In this document: positions 39,846 through 51,637 of the stretch, in pieces
Numbering within the stretch: the first letter of the stretch is position 1
Layout: every line of letters starts with the position of its first letter
Assembly (NCBI GenBank): GCA_964016885.1
Contig: OZ024742.1
Span: 44,082,001 to 44,146,000 of the forward strand
Direction of reading: 5' to 3'
From: Eledone cirrhosa
Lineage: Eukaryota
Length of the DNA: 64,000 bases
Made by a program: the position numbers and the translations under genes
The notes under the pieces: model-generated
What the model saw: only the letters and a program-made list of their open reading frames with translations
The model's database searches: none
Told to the model about the DNA's origin: nothing

Positions 39846-40579
39846 CATCATCATCATCATCATCATCAACGTTTAACGTCCGTGTTCCATGCTTGCATGG
39901 GTTTGGACGGGGGTAGTCCCACTTGAGGCAAGAGTGATTGTCTTGCTCGCATAGGACTGTCTGGCAGATTTTCTACAGTTGGATGCCCTTCCTAACACCA
40001 ACCACATTTACAGTGTGGGGCTGGGAGGTTTTTACCGTGTTGCCTACACGGCCACATTACAGCGTGGACTGTGTGTTTTTTTGTCGTGACACCTACACGA
40101 TCTCATTTGTTTCGGCCTGGATGGTGTGGCACCAACATAACTTTACATAGAACGGGGTGGTGTGGATGGGGTGGGGGTGGTGGCGGGACGGGGTGTAGTT
40201 TGTTAGAGATGCCTACTGGCAAGGCGGGTCTTCTCTGTTACTGAGTACCGCCAAAGGTCACGGTCCAGTGACATTGTCTTGGAGAGGTGTAAGTGTGTGA
40301 GGTCGGAATTTATCAGCTCGTCCCATGTTTTTCTAGGTCTGCCTATTCCGTGGCTACCGTCTATCTTTATTGCCCTGCACTTCGTAATACAGCTATCGAC
40401 TTTCATGCGCATCACGTGTCCATACCAACGCAGCCTTCTCTCGAGTAAACAACATCTGATCCCTCTTATCTCTAATTTTTTCCTTAGTTCGTTTATGCTT
40501 TGCCGTTCACGTATATTACTGTTACACATCCAGCGGAGCATGCAAGCTTCGTTCCTCTCTAGTCTGCGTATATCCTCTG
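39846..40579 (-). mobile_element. RTE LINE, 5'-truncated copy B (~0.73 kb)
   Basis: ORF 40203-40541 matches the RTE C-terminus ([13 protein letters not shown]...GRPRKTW). The 3' UTR and (CAT)n tail are present. Confidence 0.95.
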
Positions 40580-41599
40580 AGAAATCATTATTTAGAGCGG
40601 TGGATTAACATTAGAAATCATTATTTAGAGCAGTGGATTAGCATTAGAAATCATTATTCAGAGCGGTGGATTAACATTAGAAATCATTATTTAGAGCGGT
40701 GGATTAGCATTAGAAATCATTATTTAGAGCGGTGGATTAGCATTAGAAATCATTTAGAGCGGTGGATTAGCATTAGAAACCATTGTTTAGAGCGGTGTAT
40801 TAGCATTAGAAATCATTATTTAGAGCGGGGGATTAACATTAGAAATCATTATTTAGGGCAAAGGATTAGCATTAGAAATCATTATTTAGGGCGGTGTATT
40901 AACATTAGAAATTATTATTTAGAGCGGGGGATTAACATTAGAAATCATTATTTAGGGCGGGGGGTTAGCATTAGAAATCATTATTTAGAGCGGTGGATTA
41001 ACATTAGAAATCATTATTTAGAGCAGTGGATTAGCATTAGAAATCATTATTTAGAGCGGTGGATTAACATTAGAAATCATTATTTAGAGCGGTGGATTAG
41101 CATTAGAAATCATTATTTAGAGCGGTGGATTAGCATTAGAAACCATTATTTAGAGCGGTGTATTAGCATTAGAAATCATTATTTAGAGCGGTGGATTAGC
41201 ATTAGAAATCATTATTTAGAGCGGTGGATTAGCATTAGAAATCATTATTTAGAGCGGTGGATTAGCATTAGAAACCATTATTTAGAGCGGTGTATTAACA
41301 TTAGAAATCATTATTTAGAGCGGGGGATTAACATTAGAAGTCATTATTTAGGGCGAGGGATTAGCATTAGAAATCATTATTTAGGGCGGTGTATTAACAT
41401 TAGAAATCATTACTTAGAGCGGGGGATTAACATTAGAAATCATTGTTTAGGGCGAGGGATTAGCATTAGAAATCATTATTTAGAGCGGGGGATTAACATT
41501 AGAAATCATTATTTAGGGCGAGGGATTAGCATTAGAAATCATTATTTAGGGCGGTGTATTAACATTAGAAATCATTATTTAGAGCGGGGTATTAACATT
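40580..41599 (+). repeat. 33-bp satellite, block 3
   Basis: About 31 units, dominated by AAATCATT and ATTAACATT variants. Confidence 0.97.
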
Positions 41600-44500
41600 C
41601 ATCATCATCATCATCAGGTTTAGCGTCCGTGTTCCACGCTTGCATGGGTTTGGACGGGGGTTTTCCCACTTGAGGCAAGAGTGGTTGTCTTGCTCGCATA
41701 AGACTGTCTGGCAGGTTTTCTACAGTTGGATGCCCTTCCTAACACCAACCACAGTTACAGTGTGGGGCTGGGAGGTTTTTACCGTGTTGCCTACACGGCC
41801 ACATTACAGCGTGGACTGTCTGGCGGGTTTTCTACAGTTGGATGCCCTTCCTAACACCAACCACAGTTACAGTGTGGGGCTGGGAGGTTTTTACCGTGTT
41901 GCCTACACGGCCACATTTACAGCGTGGACTGTGTGTTTTTTTGTCATGACACCTACACGATCTCATTTGTTTCGGCTTGGATGTTGTGGGACCAACATAA
42001 CTTTACATTGAAAGGGGCGGTGTGGATGGGGTGGAGGTGGTGGGACGGGGGTGTATTTTGATAGAGATGTACTGACTGTAGTAGGTTTTTACTTTGTATT
42101 TAGGTAAGGCGGGTCTTCTCTATTACTGAGTACCGCCAAAGGTCTCGGTCCAGTGACATTGTCTTGGAGTGGTGTAAGCGTGTGAGGTCGGAATTTATCA
42201 GCTCGTCCCAGGTTTTTCTGGGTCTGCCTACTCCGTGGCTACCGTCTATCTTTATTGCCCTGCACTTTGTTATACCGCTGTCGTCTTTCATGCGCATCAC
42301 GTGACCGTACCAACGTAGCCTTCTCTCGAGTAAACAACATCTGATCCCTCTTATTTCTAATTTTTTCCTTAGTTCGTTTATGCTTTGCCGTTCACGTATA
42401 TTACTATTGCACATCCAGCGGAGCATGCAAGCTTCGTTCCTCTCTAGTCTGCGTATATCTTCTGCACACAATGCCCAGGTCTCACTGCCATGCAGCATTG
42501 CTGTTCGTATGCAGGCATCGTATAACCTGCCTTTCATTTTTAGGGAGAACCCTCTAGCGGCTAATAGTGGTATAAGCTCTCTGAACTTTTTCCATCCAGT
42601 TCTGACTCTAGCTACTGTACTTTCAGAGCACCCTCCCCCACTGCTGATTTTGTCACCCAGGTAACGGAAGCTGTCCACTATTTCTATAGAACCCTCTGCG
42701 CAGTTGAAGGAGCTAGTATTTTGTGGGCACTTGCTGCTACTTATTGCACCAGAGCACCGGCCACATGTAAAATCTATGTTCTTAGTTAGCTTACCTGTGA
42801 TCCCACTACATCTTTTATGCACCCATACTTTGCATTTGGGACATAAAATGGAGTTTCTACCTACGCCTTTCCTACACACTGAGCATGGCCATTTCCCAGA
42901 TGGGACCGCCGCCTTATTTTCTTTCCTACAAACTAGAACTTTAGTCTTAGCCAGGTTAATTTTAAGGCCTTTTGATTCTAGGCCGTGCTTCCATGTTTGG
43001 AATTTCTTCTCTAGTTCGGTCATTGATTCAGCTATGAGCGTTAGATCATCTGCGTATAGGAGTTCCCATGGGCAGCCGGTCTTGAACTCCTCTGTTATAG
43101 CCTGGAGGGCAATAATAAATAGTAGGGGGCTAAGGACAGAGCCCTGATGGACACCAACTTTTACGCTAAACTCTTCACTATATTCGTTGTTAATTCTAAC
43201 CTTACTGACTGTTTCTTTATACATGACTTGTATAGCTCTCACAAGCCATTCGTCAACACCTAGTTTTCTAAGAGACCACCAGATAATGGAACGGGGGACT
43301 CTGTCGAAGGCTTTCTCCAAGTCGACGAAAGCTAAGTATAGGGGTTTACTTTTAGCTAGGTACTTCTCCTGTAGTTGTCGTACAATGAAAAGAGCGTCTG
43401 TGGTACTTTTGCCTGACACAAACCCGAACTGTATTTCATCTAGATCAATTCTCTCTCTGATTAGTTGCGCTATTACTTTTTCCGTGACCTTCATGACCTA
43501 GTCGATTAATTTAATGCCTCTATAGTTACTCCTATCTAGGGCATCTCCTTTTCCCTTATAGCAGTTAACGATGATGCTGCTACGCCAGTCCTTCGGAACA
43601 ACCCCATTCTGTACGACTTGGTTAACTATCCGGGTGACCATGGTGTGTCCCACCGAACCAGATGCCTTCAGCATCTCAGCAACTATTTCCGAAGGACCAG
43701 CCGCCTTACCCGTCTTCATATCTTTGATTGCCTTGCTTATTGTACTACCCTGGACTAACACTGCTGGTCCCTCTATTGGGTCAATGTGGGGGAGACTGTC
43801 TTTCTCCCATTTGTTCTCCTCATTTAGAAGCCTTTCGTAGTGACACTTCCAAGCTACCTTCTTATCAGCGTCGGTGATGGCAAGTATGCCATCATCGTTA
43901 AGTACACACTTCTCCCCGACAATATCACGGTTTTCCTTGACACATTGCCTGGCAATCCTGAACACCTCACGTTTTTGGTCCTCACGTTGTAGAACATGCT
44001 TGAACTTTCTTTCCTCTGCTTCCCTTCTTGCGAAGTACACTTGTCTCCTAGCTTCCCTCCTGGCCACTTGATAGTCTTCTCTACTTCCCCCATCCCGCCA
44101 TACTTTCCAAGCCTGCTTTTTGGCCTTAATTGACTCCTCCACCTTACTGTTCCACCACCATGTTACTCTCCTCCTACCTACAGGCCTGCTCCAGCCACAG
44201 ACTTCGTCTGCCGCCGTCAGCAGGTTTGCTCTCAGGAATTCCCACTGTTCCTCTATATTATACGACTCTAATTGCTCTTCCTTACTGTCGAAAGCGTCAA
44301 GTAACATGCTTTGAAATTTATTTCTGGCTATGGGGTCCTTTAGCTTCCATATTTTTCTCCTGAGGATAGTCCTCTTCCGCTGTCTAGTACGTCTCGTCCT
44401 GACTATGAGGTCGCTAATTATCAGTCTATGTTGGGAGGTGCATTCTTCATGGGGGAGGGATTTAGTGTTTACAACAGACACTCTGTCACGTCTTCTGGTA

Positions 44501-45910
44501 AGGATATAATCTACCTGGCTTGTGTGTTCCCCGGATCTATAGGTGATCAGGTGGTTGTCACGTTTTTTGAAGTTAGTGTTACAGATAGTTAGGTTATTTG
44601 CATCACAGAATTCCAGGATTCTGGAGCCTTCCTCATTTCTAGTACCGAACCCATAGCCTCCATGGATTCCGTCATAGCCGTCACAATGTTGTCCAACGTG
44701 ACCATTTAGGTCGCCTGCAATAACTATATAGTCACTGTCGGTTATTTGGGAGGTAGCGAGCATCAGTGTATCGTAGAATCTGTCTTTTATAGCGCCGGGC
44801 AGTCCGGATTGGGGTGCGTACGCAGATATTACTGTCACCGTAGTTTTATTGAGGACAAGTCTTATTTTAATTATTCTGTCGTTCACTCTATTTACGTCTA
44901 TTATCTTATTTGCCCACTTTTCTGCTACCATGATTCCTACCCCACCCAACCCATTGTCATTTCCCACCCAGAAAAGCTTATAGCATCGTTCTTTACCCAC
45001 GATGAATCTAGCCGACCCTCCCCTCCACCTGGTCTCTTGAATACAACAAACATCGACCTCCTTACGTTCAAGCATTTCTACAACCTCGTTAGAGCGACCC
45101 TTTAAGGTGCCTACATTCATGGTACCAACTCTGAAGTTTTGGATTGCGTTTGGAGGGTGGGAGCGGTGGGGGGGGGGGGGGTTATGTTAGCCATCCTGGG
45201 CCGAAACAAGGAGGAGTGCTTGCATTCTCGTCCACGAGGTGAATTTGGCTTTATCTTTGGCATTGTCGCTGAGCATCCACATTTTTCTCTCTTCAACTCT
45301 CCAGAATTCCGTAGTCCATCCATCATATCGAAAAGCAACCAGTTAAGCGATAGTATGGGCCTCTGACTTATGATTGCTCCACGTAATAATGGTGGTGTGT
45401 GGGGGCGGGTGGGAGGGATGATGGGTTGTTAGCGAGAATGTAAGGTTTAAGATAAGATCGCCGTATTTTGGGCATATTTTAACAATAAACGAAAATACAA
45501 GATTTGTTTTGTTTAAGAAAATACGATAGAGAAAATGCGGTGATAGGGAAAATATGATTTTTAGAGAAAAAATATGATATAGAATGGTGAAAATATGATA
45601 TAGTGTGAAATTAGGACATAGAATAGTGATTGAATGAATGGATTCGAATGGAGAGAAGAATCGAGAAAAATATTTGAACGTTACTTTATACCGAAGGAAC
45701 AGCCATCCCAGAAGTAGCGAGTTGGCGATTTTGATTAATTTTGGTAGGGTTTATCTTATATGTATAGAGAGGGAGGGGGGGGCAGGAACCAGCATGATGT
45801 ATGGGTAGGGGGTAGAAGATGAGATGGAGCAGAGGTTAAGAGTTTAAATAGGTACTCGAAGTTTTGCGTAAAACTTAGCAAGTTTAACAAAATATATTTA
45901 AAGGAATATA
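41600..45910 (-). mobile_element. Near-full-length RTE-clade LINE, copy C (~4.3 kb)
   Basis: Contains a 5' UTR, APE endonuclease, RT, RTE C-terminal motifs, a ~500-bp 3' UTR and an (ATG)n tail. Satellite units bound it on both sides. Confidence 0.96.
42100..45140 (-). pseudogene. RTE ORF (APE endonuclease + reverse transcriptase + PHD-like finger) split by an in-frame TAG at 43498-43500
   Basis: EN motifs RVGTMNVGTL, CIQETR, SAYAP, GDLNGHVG, VDYIL, SQHR. RT motifs NYRGI, QFGF, AFVDLEKAFDRV, GVHQGSVLSPLLF, YADD, FRYLG. ORFs 43498-45120 and 42100-43494 are in one frame (KLID*VMKV). Confidence 0.95.
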
Positions 45911-48900
45911 TAGAAATCATTATTTAGGGCGAGGGATTAGCATTAGAAATCATTATTTAGGGCGAGGGATTAGCATTAGAAATCATTATTTAGAGCGGGG
46001 GATTAACATTAGAAATCATTATTTAGGGCGAGGGATTAGCATTAGAAATCATTATTTAGAGCGAGGGATTAGCATTAGAAATCATTATTTAGGGCGAGGG
46101 ATTAGCATTAGAAATCATTATTTAGGGTGAGGGATTAGCATTAGAAATCATTATTTAGGGCGAGGGATTAGCATTAGAAACCATTATTTAGGGCGAGGGA
46201 TTAGCATTAGAAATCATTATTTAGGGCGAGGGATTAGCGTTAGAAACCATTATTTAGGGCGAGGGATTAGCATTAGAAACCATTATTTAGGGCGGTGGAT
46301 TAGCATTAGAAACCATTATTTAGGGCGAGGGATTAGCATTAGAAACCATTATTTAGGGCGGTGGATTAGCATTAGAAACCATTATTTAGAGCGGTGGATT
46401 AGCATTAGAAACCATTATTTAGGGCGAGGGATTAGCATTAGAAACCATTATTTAGAGCGGTGGATTAGCATTAGAAACCATTATTTAGGGCGAGGGATTA
46501 GCATTAGAAACCATTATTTAGAGCGGTGTATTAGCATTAGAAACCATTATTTAGGGCGAGGGATTAGCATTAGAAACCATTATTTAGGGCGAGGGATTAG
46601 CATTAGAAACCATTATTTAGGGCGAGGGATTAGCATTAGAAACCATTATTTAGGGCGAGGGATTAGCATTAGAAATCATTATTTAGGGCGAGGGATTAAC
46701 ATTAGAAATCATTATTTAGACCGGTGGATTAGCATTAGAAACCATTATTTAGGGCGAGGGATTAGCATTAGAAACCATTATTTAGGGCGAGGGATTAACA
46801 TTAGAAATCATTATTTAGACCGGTGGATTAGCATTAGAAACCATTATTTAGGGCGAGGGATTAGCATTAGAAACCATTATTTAGGGCAAGGGATTAGCAT
46901 TAGAAACCATTATTTAGGGCGAGGGATTAGCATTAGAAACCATTATTTAGAGAGGTGTATTAGCATTAGAAACCATTATTTAGGGCGAGGGATTAGCATT
47001 AGAAACCATTATTTAGAGCGGGGGATTAGCATTAGAAACCATTATTTAGGGCGAGGGATTAACATTAGAAACCATTATTTAGGGTGAGGGATTAGCATTA
47101 GAAATCATTATTTAGGGCGAGGGATTAACATTAGAAATCATTATTTAGGGCGGTGGATTAGCATTAGAAACCATTATTTAGGGCGAGGGATTAGCATTAG
47201 AAACCATTATTTAGGGCGGTGGATTAGCATTAGAAACCATTATTTAGGGCGAGGGATTAGCATTAGAAACCATTATTTAGGGCGGTGGATTAGCATTAGA
47301 AACCATTATTTAGGGCGAGGGATTAGCATTAGAAACCATTATTTAGGGCGAGGGATTAGCATTAGAAACCATTATTTAGGGCGAGGGATTAGCATTAGAA
47401 ACCATTATTTAGGGCGAGGGATTAGCATTAGAAACCATTATTTAGGGCGGTGGATTAGCATTAGAAACCATTATTTAGGGCGAGGGATTAGCATTAGAAA
47501 CCATTATTTAGGGCGAGGGATTAGCATTAGAAACCATTATTTAGGGCGGTGGATTAGCATTAGAAACCATTATTTAGGGCGAGGGATTAGCATTAGAAAC
47601 CATTATTTAGGGCGAGGGATTAGCATTAGAAACCATTATTTAGGGCGGTGGATTAGCATTAGAAACCATTATTTAGGGCGAGGGATTAGCATTAGAAACC
47701 ATTATTTAGGGCGGTGGATTAGCATTAGAAACCATTATTTAGGGCGAGGGATTAGCATTAGAAACCATTATTTAGGGCGGTGGATTAGCATTAGAAACCA
47801 TTATTTAGGGCGAGGGATTAGCATTAGAAACCATTATTTAGGGCGAGGGATTAGCATTAGAAACCATTATTTAGGGCGAGGGATTAGCATTAGAAACCAT
47901 TATTTAGGGCGAGGGATTAGCATTAGAAACCATTATTTAGGGCGGTGGATTAGCATTAGAAACCATTATTTAGGGTGAGGGATTAGCATTAGAAACCATT
48001 ATTTAGGGCGAGGGATTAGCATTAGAAACCATTATTTAGGGCGAGGGATTAGCATTAGAAACCATTATTTAGGGCGGTGGATTAGCATTAGAAACCATTA
48101 TTTAGGGCGAGGGATTAGCATTAGAAACCATTATTTAGGGCGAGGGATTAGCATTAGAAACCATTATTTAGGGCAAGGGATTAGCATTAGAAACCATTAT
48201 TTAGGGCAAGGGATTAGCATTAGAAACCATTATTTAGGGCGAGGGATTAGCATTAGAAACCATTATTTAGGGCGAGGGATTAGCATTAGAAACCATTATT
48301 TAGGGCGAGGGATTAGCATTAGAAACCATTATTTAGGGCGAGGGATTAGCATTAGAAATCATTATTTAGGGCGAGGGATTAACATTAGAAATCATTATTT
48401 AGGGCGGTGGATTAGCATTAGAAACCATTATTTAGGGCGAGGGATTAGCATTAGAAACCATTATTTAGGGCGAGGGATTAACATTAGAAATCATTATTTA
48501 GACCGGTGGATTAGCATTAGAAACCATTATTTAGGGCGAGGGATTAGCATTAGAAACCATTATTTAGAGCGGGGGATTAGCATTAGAAACCATTATTTAG
48601 GGCGAGGGATTAACATTAGAAACCATTATTTAGGGTGATGCATTAGCATTAGAAATCATTATTTAGGGCGAGGGATTAACATTAGAAATCATTATTTAGG
48701 GCGGTGGATTAGCATTAGAAACCATTATTTAGGGCGAGGGATTAGCATTAGAAACCATTATTTAGGGCGAGGGATTAACATTAGAAATCATTATTTAGAG
48801 CGGTGGATTAGCATTAGAAACCATTATTTAGGGCGAGGGATTAGCATTAGAAACCATTATTTAGGGCAAGGGATTAGCATTAGAAACCATTATTTAGGGC

Positions 48901-50996
48901 GAGGGATTAGCATTAGAAACCATTATTTAGGGCGAGGGATTAGCATTAGAAACCATTATTTAGGGCGGTGGATTAGCATTAGAAACCATTATTTAGGGCG
49001 AGGGATTAGCATTAGAAACCATTATTTAGGGCGAGGGATTAGCATTAGAAACCATTATTTAGGGCGAGGGATTAGCATTAGAAACCATTATTTAGGGCGA
49101 GGGATTAGCATTAGAAACCATTATTTAGGGCGGTGGATTAGCATTAGAAACCATTATTTAGGGCGAGGGATTAGCATTAGAAACCATTATTTAGGGCGAG
49201 GGATTAGCATTAGAAACCATTATTTAGGGCGAGGGATTAGCATTAGAAACCATTATTTAGGGCGGTGGATTAGCATTAGAAACCATTATTTAGGGCGGTG
49301 GATTAGCATTAGAAACCATTATTTAGGGCGGTGGATTAGCATTAGAAACCATTATTTAGGGCGGTGGATTAGCATTAGAAACCATTATTTAGGGCGAGGG
49401 ATTAGCATTAGAAACCATTATTTAGGGCGGTGGATTAGCATTAGAAACCATTATTTAGGGCGAGGGATTAGCATTAGAAACCATTATTTAGGGCGAGGGA
49501 TTAGCATTAGAAACCATTATTTAGGGCGGTGGATTAGCATTAGAAACCATTATTTAGGGCGGTGGATTAGCATTAGAAACCATTATTTAGGGCGGTGGAT
49601 TAGCATTAGAAACCATTATTTAGGGCGAGGGATTAGCATTAGAAACCATTATTTAGGGCGGTGGATTAGCATTAGAAACCATTATTTAGGGCGAGGGATT
49701 AGCATTAGAAACCATTATTTAGGGCGGTGGATTAGCATTAGAAACCATTATTTAGGGCGAGGGATTAGCATTAGAAACCATTATTTAGGGCGGTGGATTA
49801 GCATTAGAAACCATTATTTAGGGCGAGGGATTAGCATTAGAAACCATTATTTAGGGCGGTGGATTAGCATTAGAAACCATTATTTAGGGCGAGGGATTAG
49901 CATTAGAAACCATTATTTAGGGCGAGGGATTAGCATTAGAAACCATTATTTAGGGCGAGGGATTAGCATTAGAAACCATTATTTAGGGCGGTGGATTAGC
50001 ATTAGAAACCATTATTTAGGGCGAGGGATTAGCATTAGAAACCATTATTTAGGGCGAGGGATTAGCATTAGAAACCATTATTTAGGGCGAGGGATTAGCA
50101 TTAGAAACCATTATTTAGGGCGGTGGATTAGCATTAGAAACCATTATTTAGGGCGAGGGATTAGCATTAGAAACCATTATTTAGGGCAAGGGATTAGCAT
50201 TAGAAACCATTATTTAGGGCGAGGGATTAGCATTAGAAACCATTATTTAGGGCGAGGGATTAGCATTAGAAACCATTATTTAGGGCAAGGGATTAGCATT
50301 AGAAACCATTATTTAGGGCGAGGGATTAGCATTAGAAACCATTATTTAGGGCAAGGGATTAGCATTAGAAACCATTATTTAGGGCGAGGGATTAGCATTA
50401 GAAACCATTATTTAGGGCGAGGGATTAGCATTAGAAACCATTATTTAGGGCGAGGGATTAGCATTAGAAACCATTATTTAGGGCGGTGGATTAGCATTAG
50501 AAACCATTATTTAGGGCAAGGGATTAGCATTAGAACCATTATTTAGGGCGAGGGATTAGCATTAGAAACCATTATTTAGGGCAAGGGATTAGCATTAGAA
50601 ACCATTATTTAGGGCGAGGGATTAGCATTAGAAACCATTATTTAGGGCGAGGGATTAGCATTAGAAACCATTATTTAGGGCGAGGGATTAGCATTAGAAA
50701 CCATTATTTAGGGCGGTGGATTAGCATTAGAAACCATTATTTAGGGCGAGGGATTAGCATTAGAAACCATTATTTAGGGCGAGGGATTAGCATTAGAAAC
50801 CATTATTTAGGGCGAGGGATTAGCATTAGAAACCATTATTTAGGGCGGTGGATTAGCATTAGAAACCATTATTTAGGGCGAGGGATTAGCATTAGAAACC
50901 ATTATTTAGGGCAAGGGATTAGCATTAGAAACCATTATTTAGGGCGAGGGATTAGCATTAGAAACCATTATTTAGGGCGAGGGATTAGCATTAGAA
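45911..50996 (+). repeat. 33-bp satellite, block 4 (~5.1 kb, roughly 154 units)
   Basis: Unit ATTAGCATTAGAAACCATTATTTAGGGCGAGGG with GGGCGGTGG and GGGCAAGGG variants. Confidence 0.99.
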
Positions 50997-51637
50997 CGTC
51001 TGACAAAATGCTTTGTGGCATTTAGTTGCAGCCCTTTACATTCTGAGTTCAAATCCTGTTGAGGTGAACTTTGCCTTTCATCCTTTTGGTGTTCATAAAA
51101 TAATCTACCAGTTAAATACTAGAGTCTGTTTGATTTATTCCTTTCCACTAAACTACAGAGTTTGAAACAATTACTGTTATTGTTAGGGGCTATAGATTGA
51201 CAGTATCTGTAGAGCGTCGAACAATATGCTTTGCGGCATATAGTTACAGCCCTTTACATTCTGAGTTCAAATCCCTGCCAAGGTTAGCTTTGCCTTTCAT
51301 CCTTATGGGGTCAATGAAATAAAGGACTGGTAATACACAGAGGTCAATTTAATCGACTTGCCCCTCCCCCCAAAAAAATATTGTTGACCTAAATCAGGAA
51401 CTATTATTGTTGTTGAGGGTGGTGGATTGGCAGTATCAGTAGAGCGTCAGACACCATGTTTTGCAGCATAGGGTTAAATCTCTTTATGTTATGATTTCAA
51501 ATCCCACCGGAGTTAGCTTTGCCTTTCATCCTTACAGGGTCGATAAAATAAAAAACAAGTAATGCACTGGGGTCGATTTAATTGACTTCCCCCTCTCCCC
51601 AAATTACTGGCTTTGTGTCTGTAGTAGAAATCATTAT
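50975..51637 (+). mobile_element. Chain of three SINE family B copies
   Basis: The last satellite unit runs directly into TTAGAACGTCTGACAAAATGCTTTG. Three GCCTTTCATCCTT cores follow, and the last tail abuts the FAK acceptor. Confidence 0.85.

Noticed and set aside
38817-45366. Plus-strand ORFs overlapping the RTE copies
   Set aside because: They are antisense shadows of the RTE coding frame.
37436-50996. Interstitial telomere
   Set aside because: There is only one TTAGGG per 33 bp, and the unit is fully explained by the SINE tail-head junction.
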